Shown here: positions 25,624 through 41,633 of the stretch, one piece after another
How positions within the stretch are numbered: the stretch's first letter is position 1
Layout: every line of letters starts with the position of its first letter
Origin: the human T2T-CHM13v2.0 reference genome, Homo sapiens
Reading direction: 5' to 3' (one strand)
Assembly (NCBI RefSeq): GCF_009914755.1
Contig: NC_060933.1
Length of the DNA stretch: 64,000 nt
Notes under the pieces: generated by a model
Told to the model about the DNA's origin: nothing
What the model saw: only the letters and a program-made list of their open reading frames with translations
Database searches by the model: none
Made by a program: the position numbers and the translations under genes

Positions 25624-26526
25624 GGAGGAGCCAAGATGGCCGAATAGGAACAGCTCCGGTCTACAGCTCCCAGCGTGAGCAACGCAGAAGACGGGTGATT
25701 TCTGCATTTCCATCTGAGGTACCGGGTTCATCTCACTAGGGAGTGCCAGACAGTGGGCACAGGTCAGTGGGTGCGCGCACCGTGCGCGAGCCAAAGCAGG
25801 GCGAGGCATTGCCTCACTTGGGAAGCGCAAGGGGTCAGGGAGTTACCTTTCCGAGTCAAAGAAAGGGGTGACGGACTCACCTGGAAAATCGGGTCACTCC
25901 CACCCGAATATTGCGCTTTTCGGACGGGCTTAAAAAATGGCGCACCACGAGATTATATCCGGCACCTGGCTTGGAGGGTCCTACGCCCACGGAGTCTGGC
26001 TGATTGCTAGCACAGCAGTCTGAGATCAAACTGCAAGGCGGCAACGAGGCTGGGGGAGGGGCGCCTGCCATTGCCCAGGCTTGCTGAGGTAAACAAAGCA
26101 GCCGGGAAGCTCAAACTGGGTGGAGCCCACCACAGCTCAAGGAGGCCTGCCTGCCTTTGTAGGCTCCACCTCTGGGGGCAGGGCACAGACAAACAAAAAG
26201 ACAGCAGTAACCTCTGCAGACTTAAATGTCCCTGTCTGACAGCTTTGAAGAGAGCAGTGGTTCTCCCAGCACACAGCTGGAGATCTGAGAACGGGCAGAC
26301 TGCCTCCTCAAGTGGGTCCCTGACCCCTGACCCCCGAGCAGCCTAACTGGGAGGCACCCCCCAGCAGGGGCACACTGACACCTCACACGGCAGGGTATTC
26401 CAACAGACCTGCAGCTGAGGGTCCTGTCTGTTAGAAGGAAAACTAACAAACAGAAAGGACATCCACACGAAAAACCCATCTGTACATCACCATCATCAAA
26501 GACCAAAAGTAGATAAAACCACAAAG
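25624..26526. promoter_or_regulatory. L1 5'UTR: internal sense promoter and antisense promoter, CpG-rich
   Basis: Intact YY1 site caagatggcc (25632-25641); ~900-bp short-form UTR lacking the 129-bp ZNF93-bound segment of older L1PA; many CpGs retained. Confidence 0.85.
25877..26071 (-). CDS. ORF0: L1 antisense ORF0, 64 aa (premature stop versus the 71-aa canonical form)
   Basis: MAGAPPPASLPPCSLISDCCASNQ...RVGVTRFSR; strong Kozak gcaATGG. Confidence 0.85.
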   Translation of the reverse strand: MAGAPPPASLPPCSLISDCCASNQPDSVGVGPSKPGAGYNLVVRHFLSPSEKRNIRVGVTRFSR

Positions 26527-26614
26527 ATGAGGAAAAAAACAGAACAGAAAAACGGGAAACTCTAAAACGCAGAGCGCTTCTCCTCCTCCAAAGGAACGCA
26601 GTTCCTCACCAGCA

Positions 26615-27544
26615 ATGGAACAAAGCTGGATGGAGAATGACTTTGACGAGCTGAGAGAAGAAGGCTTCAGACGATCAAATTACTCTGAGCTACGGGAGGA
26701 CATTCAAACCAAAGGCAAAGAAGTTGAAAACTTTGAAAAAAATTTAGAAGAATGTATAACTAGAATAACCAATACAGAGAAGTGCTTAAAGGAGCTGATG
26801 GAGCAGAAAACCAAGGCTCGAGAACTACGTGAAGAATGCAGAAGCCTCAGGAGCCGATGCGATCAACTGGAAGAAAGGGTATCAGCGATGGAAGATGAAA
26901 TGAATGAAATGAAGCGAGAAGGGAAGTTTAGAGAAAAAAGAGTAAAAATAAATGAGCAAAGCCTCCAAGAAATATGGGACTATGTGAAAAGACCAAATCT
27001 ACGTCTGATTGGTGTACCTGAAAGTGATGGGGAGAATGGAACCAAGTTGGAAAACACTCTGCAGGATATTATCCAGGAGAACTTCCCCAATCTAGCAAGG
27101 CAGGCCAACGTTCAGATTCAGGAAATACAGAGAACGCCACGAAGATACTCCTCGAGAAGAGCAACTCCAAGACACATAATTGTCAGATTCACCAAAGTTG
27201 AAATGAAGGAAAAAATGTTAAGGGCAGCCAGAGAGAAAGGTTGGGTTACCCTCAAAGGGAAGCCCATCAGACTAACAGCGGATCTCTCGGCAGAAACCCT
27301 ACAAGCCAGAAGAGAGTGGGGGCCCATATTCAACATTCTTAAAGAAAAGAATTTTCAACCCAGAATTTCATATCCAGCCAAACTAAGCTTCATAAGTGAA
27401 GGAGAAATAAAATACTTTACAGACAAGCAAATGCTGAGAGATTTTGTCACCATCAGGCCTGCCCTAAAAGAGCTCCTGAAGGAAGCGCTAAACATGGAAA
27501 GGAACAACCGGTACCAGCCGCTGCAAAATCATGCCAAAATGTAA
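26615..27544 (+). CDS. ORF1: L1 ORF1p, N-terminally truncated reading frame (native ATG at 26527 is frameshifted)
   Basis: 309 aa with coiled coil, RRM and CTD (REKG, ARR, YPAKLS motifs); 26527-27544 is 1018 bp versus 1017 expected, due to A7 instead of A6 after the start. Confidence 0.93.
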   Translation: MEQSWMENDFDELREEGFRRSNYSELREDIQTKGKEVENFEKNLEECITRITNTEKCLKELMEQKTKARELREECRSLRSRCDQLEERVSAMEDEMNEMKREGKFREKRVKINEQSLQEIWDYVKRPNLRLIGVPESDGENGTKLENTLQDIIQENFPNLARQANVQIQEIQRTPRRYSSRRATPRHIIVRFTKVEMKEKMLRAAREKGWVTLKGKPIRLTADLSAETLQARREWGPIFNILKEKNFQPRISYPAKLSFISEGEIKYFTDKQMLRDFVTIRPALKELLKEALNMERNNRYQPLQNHAKM

Positions 27545-27592
27545 AGACCATCGAGACTAGGAAGAAACTGCATCAACTAACAAGCAAAATAA

Positions 27593-31435
<3,843 letters not shown>

Positions 31436-31989
31436 ACAATGAGATCACATGGACACAGGAAGGGGAATATCACACTCTGGGGACTGTGGTGGGGTGGGGG
31501 GAGGGGGGAGGGATAGCATTGGGAGATATACCTAATGCTAGATGACGAGTTAGTGGGTGCAGCACACCAGCATGGCACATGTATACATATGTAACTAACC
31601 TGCACAATGTGCACATGTACCCTAAAACTTAAAGTATAATAAAAAAATAAAAAATAAAAAAAACACCCTAACAAACTTCTTCTCACATCCAACTCTTTTG
31701 TTTTTGAACTTTTCCACCCAAAACATACTAAATAAATATACTTTAAGAAGGAATAGTTCAGATAGAAGGTGTTTTCCTGTTCACTAATATTACTTTTAAG
31801 TGCAGGCTGAGTGCCGGTTAATCATTAGCCTCCAAACAGATGGAAAAATGAAAGAATAAAATTGTACAGAAAGGAATATGCCCTCTCAAAAGATATCTAT
31901 CTCTACTTCTTCTCGCCTACCACCAACTTCTTGGAAGCTTCTTTTTTTTCGTGAGTTATTACATTGCATTTTACATACAAATTATATTT

Positions 31990-32205
31990 ATTTACTTTTA
32001 AATCATTATAATGTTTAAAACATTATAACATTGTTTTCATTATTCGAGGATGTTTGTCGGTTTGTTTTTTTACCTATGGTTTGGAATAGAACTCCTCACA
32101 AATTTTCCTGTAAAACTTAATCGAATTTTTTTCATTTACCAGCTTTTTATTCAGTGGCAGATTTTTTCAGAGAAGAGTTAAAGTCGTTAAGCAAGAGATA
32201 GGTGT
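31990..32205. mobile_element. Old Tigger-like DNA transposon end
   Basis: gtcgttaagcaagagataggtgta resembles a TcMar-Tigger terminal repeat followed by TA. Confidence 0.4.
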
Positions 32206-35200
32206 ATACTCAAAGCAATTTACTTCTTAGGTGATTTGATAATTGAGACATCACCATATTTTTTTCTACAGTGAAGTTAAACTGAAGGTCCATCTGCTGA
32301 TGAGTAGCATAACCAGATTTTAGGTTAATTAGCTCCCCTGTGTCCTGTATGTATTTATATCATCAAAAGATCAAAAGGTATGCATTGGAGTGTGTCTGAA
32401 ACCAGAGCGCCCCTCTACTGAAATCTAGAGTATGCATTTTACAGAGCCCCTTCTCTGCCAAGTAAATAGTCAGCAGTGCTTTTACAAATATATTCACATG
32501 AAAATTTTTATGCTGAAATTTATTGGTAAGGAATTGCTAAATGTTGTACTTTCTTAGCTTCCTAATGATGACATATATACATATGTTGAATTTCTTCTAA
32601 AAATCTTTATGTTGAAACACCCTAGCACATAAACTCCTTGAATGAAAGCAATATTTGTTTACAGAGAATATGAATCTTAGACCAAAGAGTGTAATATGCA
32701 AAAAAAAATTTTCTGTATTGCAATTTAATTTCTATTGTATTTCAAGACCCCTTTCAAACCAGCTGGCAGGAAATTTTAATCTCATCTCTGTCCTCAGGAC
32801 TGTGTCAAGGTTCTAGGAGATTTACGCAGTACCAAGACACTGGATTTGTGTCTTTGAGTCATCTTACCACACATTTCCTCCAACATACTCATTATCCCAA
32901 TCCAGAGGCTCTTTACTGATAAGTCACACTGTGGAGCACAAAAATCTTTCTGCAAGGATGTGATGTCCCTGATCCCCTTACCCAAAAAGATATCTTCCAC
33001 CTGCTGGCTGATGCTTGAAAATGTCTCTGCAGAAGGTTCACCATTTAGAATAAACCCCAATGTAATGCAAATATCCTTGAGAGAAGAAAACTGTAAAGAG
33101 GCAGCCATTTTTGCTGTGGTATGAATTGGTGCTGGAGTTTTTCTTAAGAGCATGTTGACACATGGAAAGACCACAATGCAGAGTTCTCAAAGAGAAAAGG
33201 AAACTACCCCAAAATTCTGGGCGCTCCATACATCATACTTGTCAGCTCCCTATTTTTTCATGTACAAGTTACAATCTTTACTAAAAGCCTAATAAACTGG
33301 CAGATGGTGATTATTTCCATTTCCTATTGTCTTGATACACATTTTTTAAGAGAAAGTTCTGAATTTAAGAAATTTTTAAACTTAATTCATATCAGTACTT
33401 GGATGTAATAAATCCTACAGAACACCTAGTCATTTAAATAAGAAATAACTTCAGTAGAATATTGTTTATAGATTTTTTCAAGGTTTTATCCTCCTATGAA
33501 AGGGCTTAATTCTCAAAATACACACACATACACATGCGTGCTCACTCACGCTCTCTCTCTTTCTCTTTATCTCACCATAAACAAAAAAACTTAGAAGTAA
33601 CCATGTGGAGATAAATGTGAACACTTTCACTTTTATAAAGGAACTGAAGCAAAGAAGATAAATAAGTTAGCATTTCAGTTGGTTTCACTAATAGATTTTT
33701 GACTGAAAATGGAAAGCAAGTTTTCTAGGGTTGCAATAGGAATAGAATTAGAATTCTAGTTGCAATTGGAATAGAATAAAATCCATTTCAGATAAGTTAC
33801 AGAAAAAGCAAAAAAATATACAAATATAGTTTATCTGTTTTAATCTAATATTTGCATGTATGTACCTTTTACACTCTTACCAGTTCTACCTATTTTTAAT
33901 ATGCCCTGAAAAGACTAACTGGACTACATGATTTCCTTTGTAGGTTAGCCACATTCAAAGCAGGACTTGGCAGGGGCATTTTGGGCAGAAGGTGGGCAAC
34001 CTTAGAGTTAGTAGAAAGGGAGCCCTGTTTCATCACAGAGCTTTAAGTATTACTTTTTATTTCAATTTTTTTTTTTTGCCTCACTTTGGCAGCCCAAAGA
34101 TTCTTTGTACTTTCTGTGCCACTTGCCCATGGGCTGTAAATTAAAGTTAAGCCAATAATTATTTTCTATATTCCCCTTATAAATTCTCACTTGGATCTTG
34201 TCTCAAGTTTCTCTGTTTTTACTAAGATTGGGAAAAATTGTGGGAGATCATGAAGCTATGTTAGAAAGTAACCTTTACGTTCGCCACTCTGTCATTTGTG
34301 TTCTACTGGTATGTTAGGCAAGGCAAGCCATTGGCTGAACTAAAATTATAGGCAACGCTCCCTAGTGAGGGAGACGTGGGTTGAGAATCAGCTTCAGACT
34401 CTCCTGGGGAACATCATACATCATAGCCTTCTTATTACATGAGGGTGTGTTTACCTCAGTGTGCTAGAGCTACAGTTAAAAAAGATTATTACTTCTATTA
34501 AAATTTTAATTAGTCAATTAAAATTCCAATACTCCAGGAACCTAAAAGCAATAAAAAAGATCAGCAAAATTTATTTTCAACACTACAGCTAGGTAAAAAC
34601 AGGGCTCTGTCTACATAAAGGTTGATGAAAAAAGAGGGTGCTACAACTTGAGAATCTGTCAAAGAAAGGCATGTTCAGATGAAACGCTAGAATGGAGTAC
34701 TGTGTAAATAAATACCAGTACACAGGTTACCAAAGTCAGGGATGGAGAAGCAGAGAAGATAATGTTGATGGGTGAGCTTGACTGAGTGGTGTGTGGTACC
34801 AGAAGATAGAAGTGCTCTTAATTGGAACATTTGTTCTTTCTGAGCCTGCCTAGTGCATTGATGGTCTTCATCAGAACTTCTCCTATTAGCTGACCTTGGA
34901 TCCTTGAGCTGGCCCTGGTCTTGCCAAGCCCACCAACTTGCCAGGACAAATACAGTGAATTAACTTCTCTCCCAGTTTCCTTCCCAATGTGTAACAACAG
35001 CTAAGTACTTGCCACTTTAACCTGAGCATACTACTATAATAAAATCAGTGTTAAGTTGAAACTCACACTAAGAGAGGCAGCATATGAATGCTGGGAGTAT
35101 GAGGGGTATAATCTTTCCCCTCAATGCAACTGCTACTCAAAACTTCCCTAGCTATGACATTTTTCCAGTCACCTAGGAAGGAAACTTTATAGTTCTTATT

Positions 35201-35344
35201 CTGCTATTTCATCTTCCATATCAGTTATTAATTCTCAAGTCTTTAAGAATCTGAATTCCCAATATTCCTTACTTTTGTTATCACCTTGCCATTCCCACAG
35301 AATCCACTCTGGTTTAATTAACTAATTCATTTCTTAGATACATG

Positions 35345-35566
35345 CCTAGCCTCACGGAAGAGCGCCGTCTTTGGAATTAGGTAAATTGGGGTTAAATCTC
35401 ATTTTTTCCACTTGCCAGATGTGTGATGTTGGGCAAGCTTGTTTATCCAAAGTTAAATTTTCTCATCTACAAAATGAAATGAATATTTCTTTACAGTGTT
35501 ATTTAACTAAATAATGTATAAAAACTATTTGGCATATTTAGTCAGTGCTCAATATATGTTAAATAT
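35345..35566 (+). mobile_element. MIR (MIRb-like)
   Basis: tgtgtgatgttgggcaag...ttttctcatctacaaaatg...gtgctcaatatatgtt. Confidence 0.78.
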
Positions 35567-36520
35567 CTTCTAGATTTGAACTTAAAATGCTGCATTAATT
35601 TTATTGTTTTCTTCCTCAAATATATTTTATTATTCCCAAATACCTTGAAATAGTATCCAAATTTCTTCCCCTGGCATCTTAGGTCCTATGCAGATGGTTC
35701 TACACCTTGTCATTCAATTAGGGGAAACTCCTTCGATTCTCCTACACCAGCCTCCAGCTGCAGCCGAGGTGGAGTCCTTGCTAGCTCCCGTGCACAACGG
35801 CCACAATTTGTGCAAGACCAATCATATTTTTTTTAATCTCCCAAAGAAGAAAACTTTATTTTTACCCCGTTGCCCATCTCGAGCACAACTTACAACTAAC
35901 TCTTTCTAGACTGAAAATGTCTCCAGTCACTTCAGACTTAGGAACAGTCTTTCATTGATAATTAAATGTCCACTTCAGTGTCATAATCCTATAACAATAT
36001 TCACTTTGCTTATCTATTTGAAAAATACTTCCCACCCATCTCCAGTTCAACCTGAGCTAAAAATAAAAGCCAAATAATACACAAGGGGGAAACCCAGTCA
36101 TTGTGTCTGAACTTTGAGAAACACTGAATGAATAGTTCCCACTTACTCCTCTACATCTGAGAGTACTGGTATGTTCAGCTGCAGCTCTGGGAAGAGATGT
36201 AAGACGTACTTCATATACTGTCATTAGAAATACAAATGTGCCAGTTTTGGGAGGTGAAAGAGAATCTACATTGAAGACTAATGCAGTCCATAAAGATCTG
36301 CATTTCAAGGAGGTGTTCACTGCTTCCCAGAGGCAGCAGCATTAATTCTCTATTGGAAATTGAGTATGAGGAATTCCAAAGTTGTTAAATGGCATAAAAC
36401 TGTGGCCTAAGAACTCACAGTACTCACAGTAGCACAACAAAGAATTGTGGGAGATGTAGAATCCTGTCAATTTAGAAATGGGAGATACTTCATAAATCAT
36501 GATTTAAAATGCTAAGTCAC

Positions 36521-36863
36521 TCTGTTTACAGTAGAATAAACAAGTCTACCACCTCCAAATTTAATTTTTGATGTATCTGTAGTATTTGTGTATTACGTAT
36601 TTTAATTTGTGATATATCTGTAGTATTTGTGATGTATCTGTAGTACTGCCACCTCCAAATTTAATTTGTGATGTATCCGTAGTATTTGTGATGTATCTGT
36701 AGTACTACCACCTCCAAATTTAATTTGTGATGTATCTGTAGTATTGGAGTAGTCTACCACCTCCAAATTTAATTTGTGATGTATCTGTAGTATCTATCTG
36801 TTTACAGTAGAAGAAACAAGTCTACCACCTCCGAATTTAAATTGTGATGTATCTGTAGTATTT
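36521..36863 (+). repeat. Complex modular tandem repeat flanked by 67-bp direct repeats
   Basis: 8 copies of tttgtgatgtatctgtagta, 5 of ctaccacctccaaatttaa, 2 of tctgtttacagtagaa.aaacaagt. Confidence 0.95.
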
Positions 36864-37571
36864 CAGCATCACTGATTCAGAAATCTTCAATTCTTCCCCA
36901 GACACAAATGATACCTCTCTATATTGACAAACTCTGAATATATTGTCTGAAGGTGATCCATGAACTTTTGATGTAAACAAGCTTGCAAAAGGGCTAAGCA
37001 ATGTACCAGACATTGCCCAAAAATATTGTTCCTCGACTACTGCAAAAAAAAATACCATTCTTCTCCCTAGATTTCCATGATATCAAATCCTGAGGATAAC
37101 CCATGCTTTGCCTCTTTCTCAGCAGCTGGGTCAATTCTGCATAATCAACCACTGTGTCTCAGGACTTGTGACCTTATTTTGGACAGCTAGCCTCCAATAT
37201 CCCCCAGAATAGCTCTGAGGGATCAGATTATTATTATTTTAGTGAAAAAAGGTAATTATCATTTATTGCATTCATTAACAAAAACATGATCTAAATCAGA
37301 AAAGAGAAACTGTCATGTGGCATGCCACATTTTCATTCATTTCTCCCTCAAAAGAGGTGCATTAGCGTGGACCTCATTTCTTTCAAGAAATAAACTTTCT
37401 AACTCCTAAGTTGAGTTGATTATCTCTTTCAGGCTTTCACATAGCCCCCTATGCAAAACTCTGATTTAGAAACTAATACTTTGGATTATAAATATCTGTA
37501 TATTCACTGGCATCTCTGAGATTCTTTTTACCTTTCCTCACATCCACCCTGAACTGTAATCCTTTGGCAGC

Positions 37572-38113
37572 TATTTCAGTTATTTATTGCTGTGTAATAA
37601 ACAACTCCAATATTTAGCTACTTAAAATAACAACATTATATTGTCCCACAATTTTGTGTGTCAGTAATTTGGACAGCACTCATCTGGGCAATTTTCTTGC
37701 TCCGTGTACTGTCAGCTTAGATCTTGCAGGTATCAGCTGGTGGATGGGTTGGCCAGAAGAATCCAAGCCAGCCTCATTCATTTGTTTAGTGTCTGGGAGG
37801 GGATGGCTGAAAGGTTTGGCTCAGCTGGTATTTTCCACTGGAATGCCTACAAATGGCCAATCTGCACGGTGGTCTCAGGGCAGTAGAATTTCTTCAAGGG
37901 TGTTCCAGGGCTCCCACAGTGATTATTCAAACAGGCACAGAGAGAAATTGCATGGCTTCTAAAGACCCAGCTTTGGAAGCCTCAGAACATCAGTTTATTC
38001 ATCTTAAATTGTTCAAACAATTCACTAAGGCCAACCCAAATCGAAGGAAAAGGAAATCAGACTCATCTCTCAACAGAGAAAACCAAAGAATTTATTATCA
38101 TATTTAGTCTACT
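37572..38113 (-). mobile_element. MaLR LTR (MLT1H-like)
   Basis: tattgctgtgtaataaacaactccaa...ggtctcagggcagtagaatttctt...cactaaggccaacccaaat. Confidence 0.78.
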
Positions 38114-38301
38114 TTAGAAACTTTCCTTCATTTATTCAACACAAACTTATTGATCCTGTTTTAATGCATGCCACACAATGTACTAAGGACTTGGGACAGA
38201 GAAGTGACAACTAAAAAAAAAAAAAAGCCTGCTTTCCTATTACTCATCTTTACATACTCCGTACTCCAGCACCAAGTGCAATGCATGGAATATACAAATG
38301 T

Positions 38302-38733
38302 TTATATAGTTTAGATATTTGCCTCCTCCAAATCTCATGTTGAAATTTGATTTCCAATGTTGGAGGTGGGGCCTGATGGAAGGTATTTGGATCATGGGGA
38401 TGAACCCCTCAAAAATGGATTGGCACTATCCTTTCAGTAATGAGTGAGTTCTTGCTCTATTTTGTTCACAAGAAAACTGGTTGCTTTAAAGAATATGGCA
38501 CCCCTTTCCTCTCTCTCTCTTTTTTTCCTCCTCTCTTGCCATGTGATGCTGGCTCCCCTTCCCTTTTTGCAAGGATTGGAAGCTCCCTGAAGCCCTTACC
38601 AGAAATGAATGGTGGCACCATACTTCTTGTATAACCCTGCAGATTATATAACTGCAAGCCAAACAAACCTCTTTTCTTTACAAATTGCTCAGCCTCAGGT
38701 ATACCTGTAGAGCAATGCAAATGGACTAAGACG
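38302..38733 (+). mobile_element. MSTB-like MaLR solo LTR
   Basis: ccaaatctcatgttgaaatttga...ggaggtggggcct...gcaatgcaaatggactaagac. Confidence 0.88.
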
Positions 38734-39717
38734 GATGCCCAATAAATTTTTAAGGAACTTAACAGGTGGAGTTGGAGAGTCACAGGAATGGACAGCTCTT
38801 CCCTTTAGGAGTGTTGAGACCAAAGCAATGGAGAGGGAAAGAGGAGCACTCCTTACTACTTTGACTCCTTCTGGGCAGCTGTCATATCTTCTGGTGATGA
38901 GGATGTCCGACATGGCCAAGTCAACCAGGCCTAAGCTGGGAGTTTACCAGTGTCAATTGTTCACTCATTTAGTGGAATGTATACCTGGTGAAACAATGTT
39001 ATGCTTTAGATTGAAGAAAGAATATTTGGTTTCCAATTCTGCTTTAACTCTTCCAAGACTTAGATGTCTTTCTTTTACAATGAAATTCAGAATGTTTTTG
39101 GAACGTCTCTTTTTAGTGCAGAAATCTACCTGAGTATTAAATTATAATGATAGCATTCTTATATATCTCCGAGAATACCTCTGAGATGTGTACATATAGA
39201 CTATTGTGGGTATTTGGGATGTTTTATTTCTGTGAGACTTGCCCAAATAACTTGAGAAAATTTCATACAGTATGCAGAATAGCCTATCAGTTCAGTTTTC
39301 TTCTATATGTTTCTGATGGCATTATGTATTTCAGTGTCGATGCACTCCCAAAAAGAAAATCAATTGCTGAACAACAAGGACTCGAGATGCAATTTTAATG
39401 ATACATTTCACAAAGCATGATGCAATGTTTAATATAATGTTAAGGTGGTACGCCTATGACTCTTCATAAAATGCACATCATCTTTATAAAGCATTATTTT
39501 AAGCAGAACCCTTTCAAAGGAATTTACAGGAAGCAATCTTTTTTTTATCACAGTTGGGTTTTATCATATAGGCAGTTTTTAACTATCACCACAAAAGGCA
39601 ATCCTCGGTATAAGGGGAAATCCAGCTCCCCTCTTTATGAAATTTAAGAAAACTTTGCAAATAATAATGCGTTTTGACAAGGTTCAATATTATACACATG
39701 TATATAAACTTAAATTA

Positions 39718-39727
<10 letters not shown>

Positions 39728-39797
<70 letters not shown>
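39728..39797. repeat. Compound (TA)n(GA)n microsatellite
   Basis: Direct inspection. Confidence 0.95.
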
Positions 39798-39798
<1 letters not shown>

Positions 39799-41633
39799 TA
39801 GTTGCCAGTAGGTGTTGTCTAGTATGACGGACCCTTTGGTATGTTTTCTTAAGCTTCCTTTTTCTTCACAAAAACATATGAATCTAGCAAAATAAGACCT
39901 TCTAAGAACAATTTTCGGACATTTGAACAATATGCCACTGAGTAATGATGTACCTTTCCAAGAGGAAATAATATTCTATTTTTTAAAAATTCTCCTCAGA
40001 AAATACAAAGAGAAAAATCTAATGCTGAAAGCAAGCTTGCAAAAATGCATGTTCAAAGAGCTTTGATTTATAAAAGAGTAAGAACAAAATTGCTCCAGAG
40101 CCATTCATACTTCTACTTAATGAAACTGCATATATATTTTTCTATTTAACAACTGCATTTCACTTATTTTTATCATCTTTATGGAAATATTTTTACAGAT
40201 GGTTAATAGAGAATTTCAAAGAAGAAAAAAGTGATCATTTTCAGAAGTTAATCATAACTAGAACCAAATGTAATGAAACAAAATAATATTAATATAAAAT
40301 TATAATTTCCATTTAAAAAATTTTTGCCTTTACAAAATAACTTCTATTTCCTTATCTCTGAAAATAATAAAAATAACATGAAGGTCTATTCAGTTCACTT
40401 CAGTTTTATTTCATAAGTGTTCTGCAACCTTGAAGTCTCACGTAAATTTTGTGAATTATTAGGTTAATTCTCCCTGGACGTTTGATGTGAATATTATAGA
40501 TGATAATAGATAGGATAGAAATGAATTTGGATTTTATCTAAGAAAAATTAAAATGTTTGTTCATATTTACAGAAATACAAAGATTAAGATCTTGTCATCC
40601 ATAGACACTTTCTGAAAGAATCTGTAAAGGATGTTCATCAGCAGAATGTACAATGAACACAAAGGAGTCAAATGACAGAAACAAGTTATAACCGCCGAAA
40701 CTGATAAAAATGTGTTGGTAAATTTAATCAAATATTCACTATAAGGAGTAAATATAATCATTAAAAATGTGTTCTTATGACAGATGTGGAAAAAAGTCTA
40801 AACAATGAGAGGTGGAATATTGTTCCGTGGGTAGTTAAAACATGAAACATTTCTTATACTATCCAGAGAAAAGATGAAGATACTGATTCAGTCTGGATCT
40901 TGTTAGAAAATTTTGTGGCTAATTGTGTATGTTGAAAAATTTGAATGAACACTAAAAAATATAATATGATTTCCAAAGTAGCAGAAAAATGAAAAAAAAA
41001 AGGTTCATCAATTCAACTTACATGTAAAAAAGGAAAAAATATTTTTTAAAGTTTAATTGATAATAGAAATAACTGTAAATGTGCACCAGTAATCTCAATG
41101 TACTTAAATGAATTAAACTCACTAATTAAAAATGATAAAGATGAGCAGATTCATTTTTCTAAATCCTGTTAAAAATGTTTATAATAAAACAATACTGGAT
41201 AATACTGAATATTTGAAATAGGACAATACTGAATATCTTAAATAGGATAAGTTATAAAACGCAAATACTGTATCAACCAAAAGAAGACATGTAACAATAA
41301 GCATTTTAGATAAAACAAATTAAGAAAAAAAGCAATAAGGATAAGAAGTTACGGTATCTAAAGATAAAGACTACAATCTACCAAAAATTATACAATTATC
41401 ATGAATTCGTGTGTACCTAACAAATTGGTTTGAAATACAACTTCATAATGTTAAAAAGAAATAGATGAATATGCAATAATATACCTCTACCAGGAACTGA
41501 TAGATAAAGCAAAGAAAAAATTATAAGATTATAGAAGATTGGAACAACACAGTTAGTTGATTTCATTTAATAAGTGTATATCCACATTGCAGCCTACAAG
41601 CAAAAAATATATCCTTTTAAACACATATGAACA

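Noticed and set aside
32405-32421. CTCF-like motif (tcagtagaggggcgc on the minus strand), also 34355-34369
   Set aside because: The first has an extra G that breaks the core spacing; the second has three mismatches.
32794-33174. 126-aa minus-strand ORF, and a good plus-strand acceptor at 32797
   Set aside because: No recognisable homology, non-ATG start, and no convincing partner donor; cannot be supported without expression data.
33725-33780. ~29-bp tandem duplication (gttgcaat.ggaatagaat)
   Set aside because: Ordinary two-copy slippage duplication with nothing further to support function.
36521-36863. CRISPR-like repeat array
   Set aside because: No unique spacers (intervening DNA is copies of the same modules), no cas genes, and the context is primate DNA.
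38735-39133. 132-aa plus-strand ORF
   Set aside because: Starts at an LTR/L2 junction, has no recognisable domain, and its length is compatible with chance in 64 kb.
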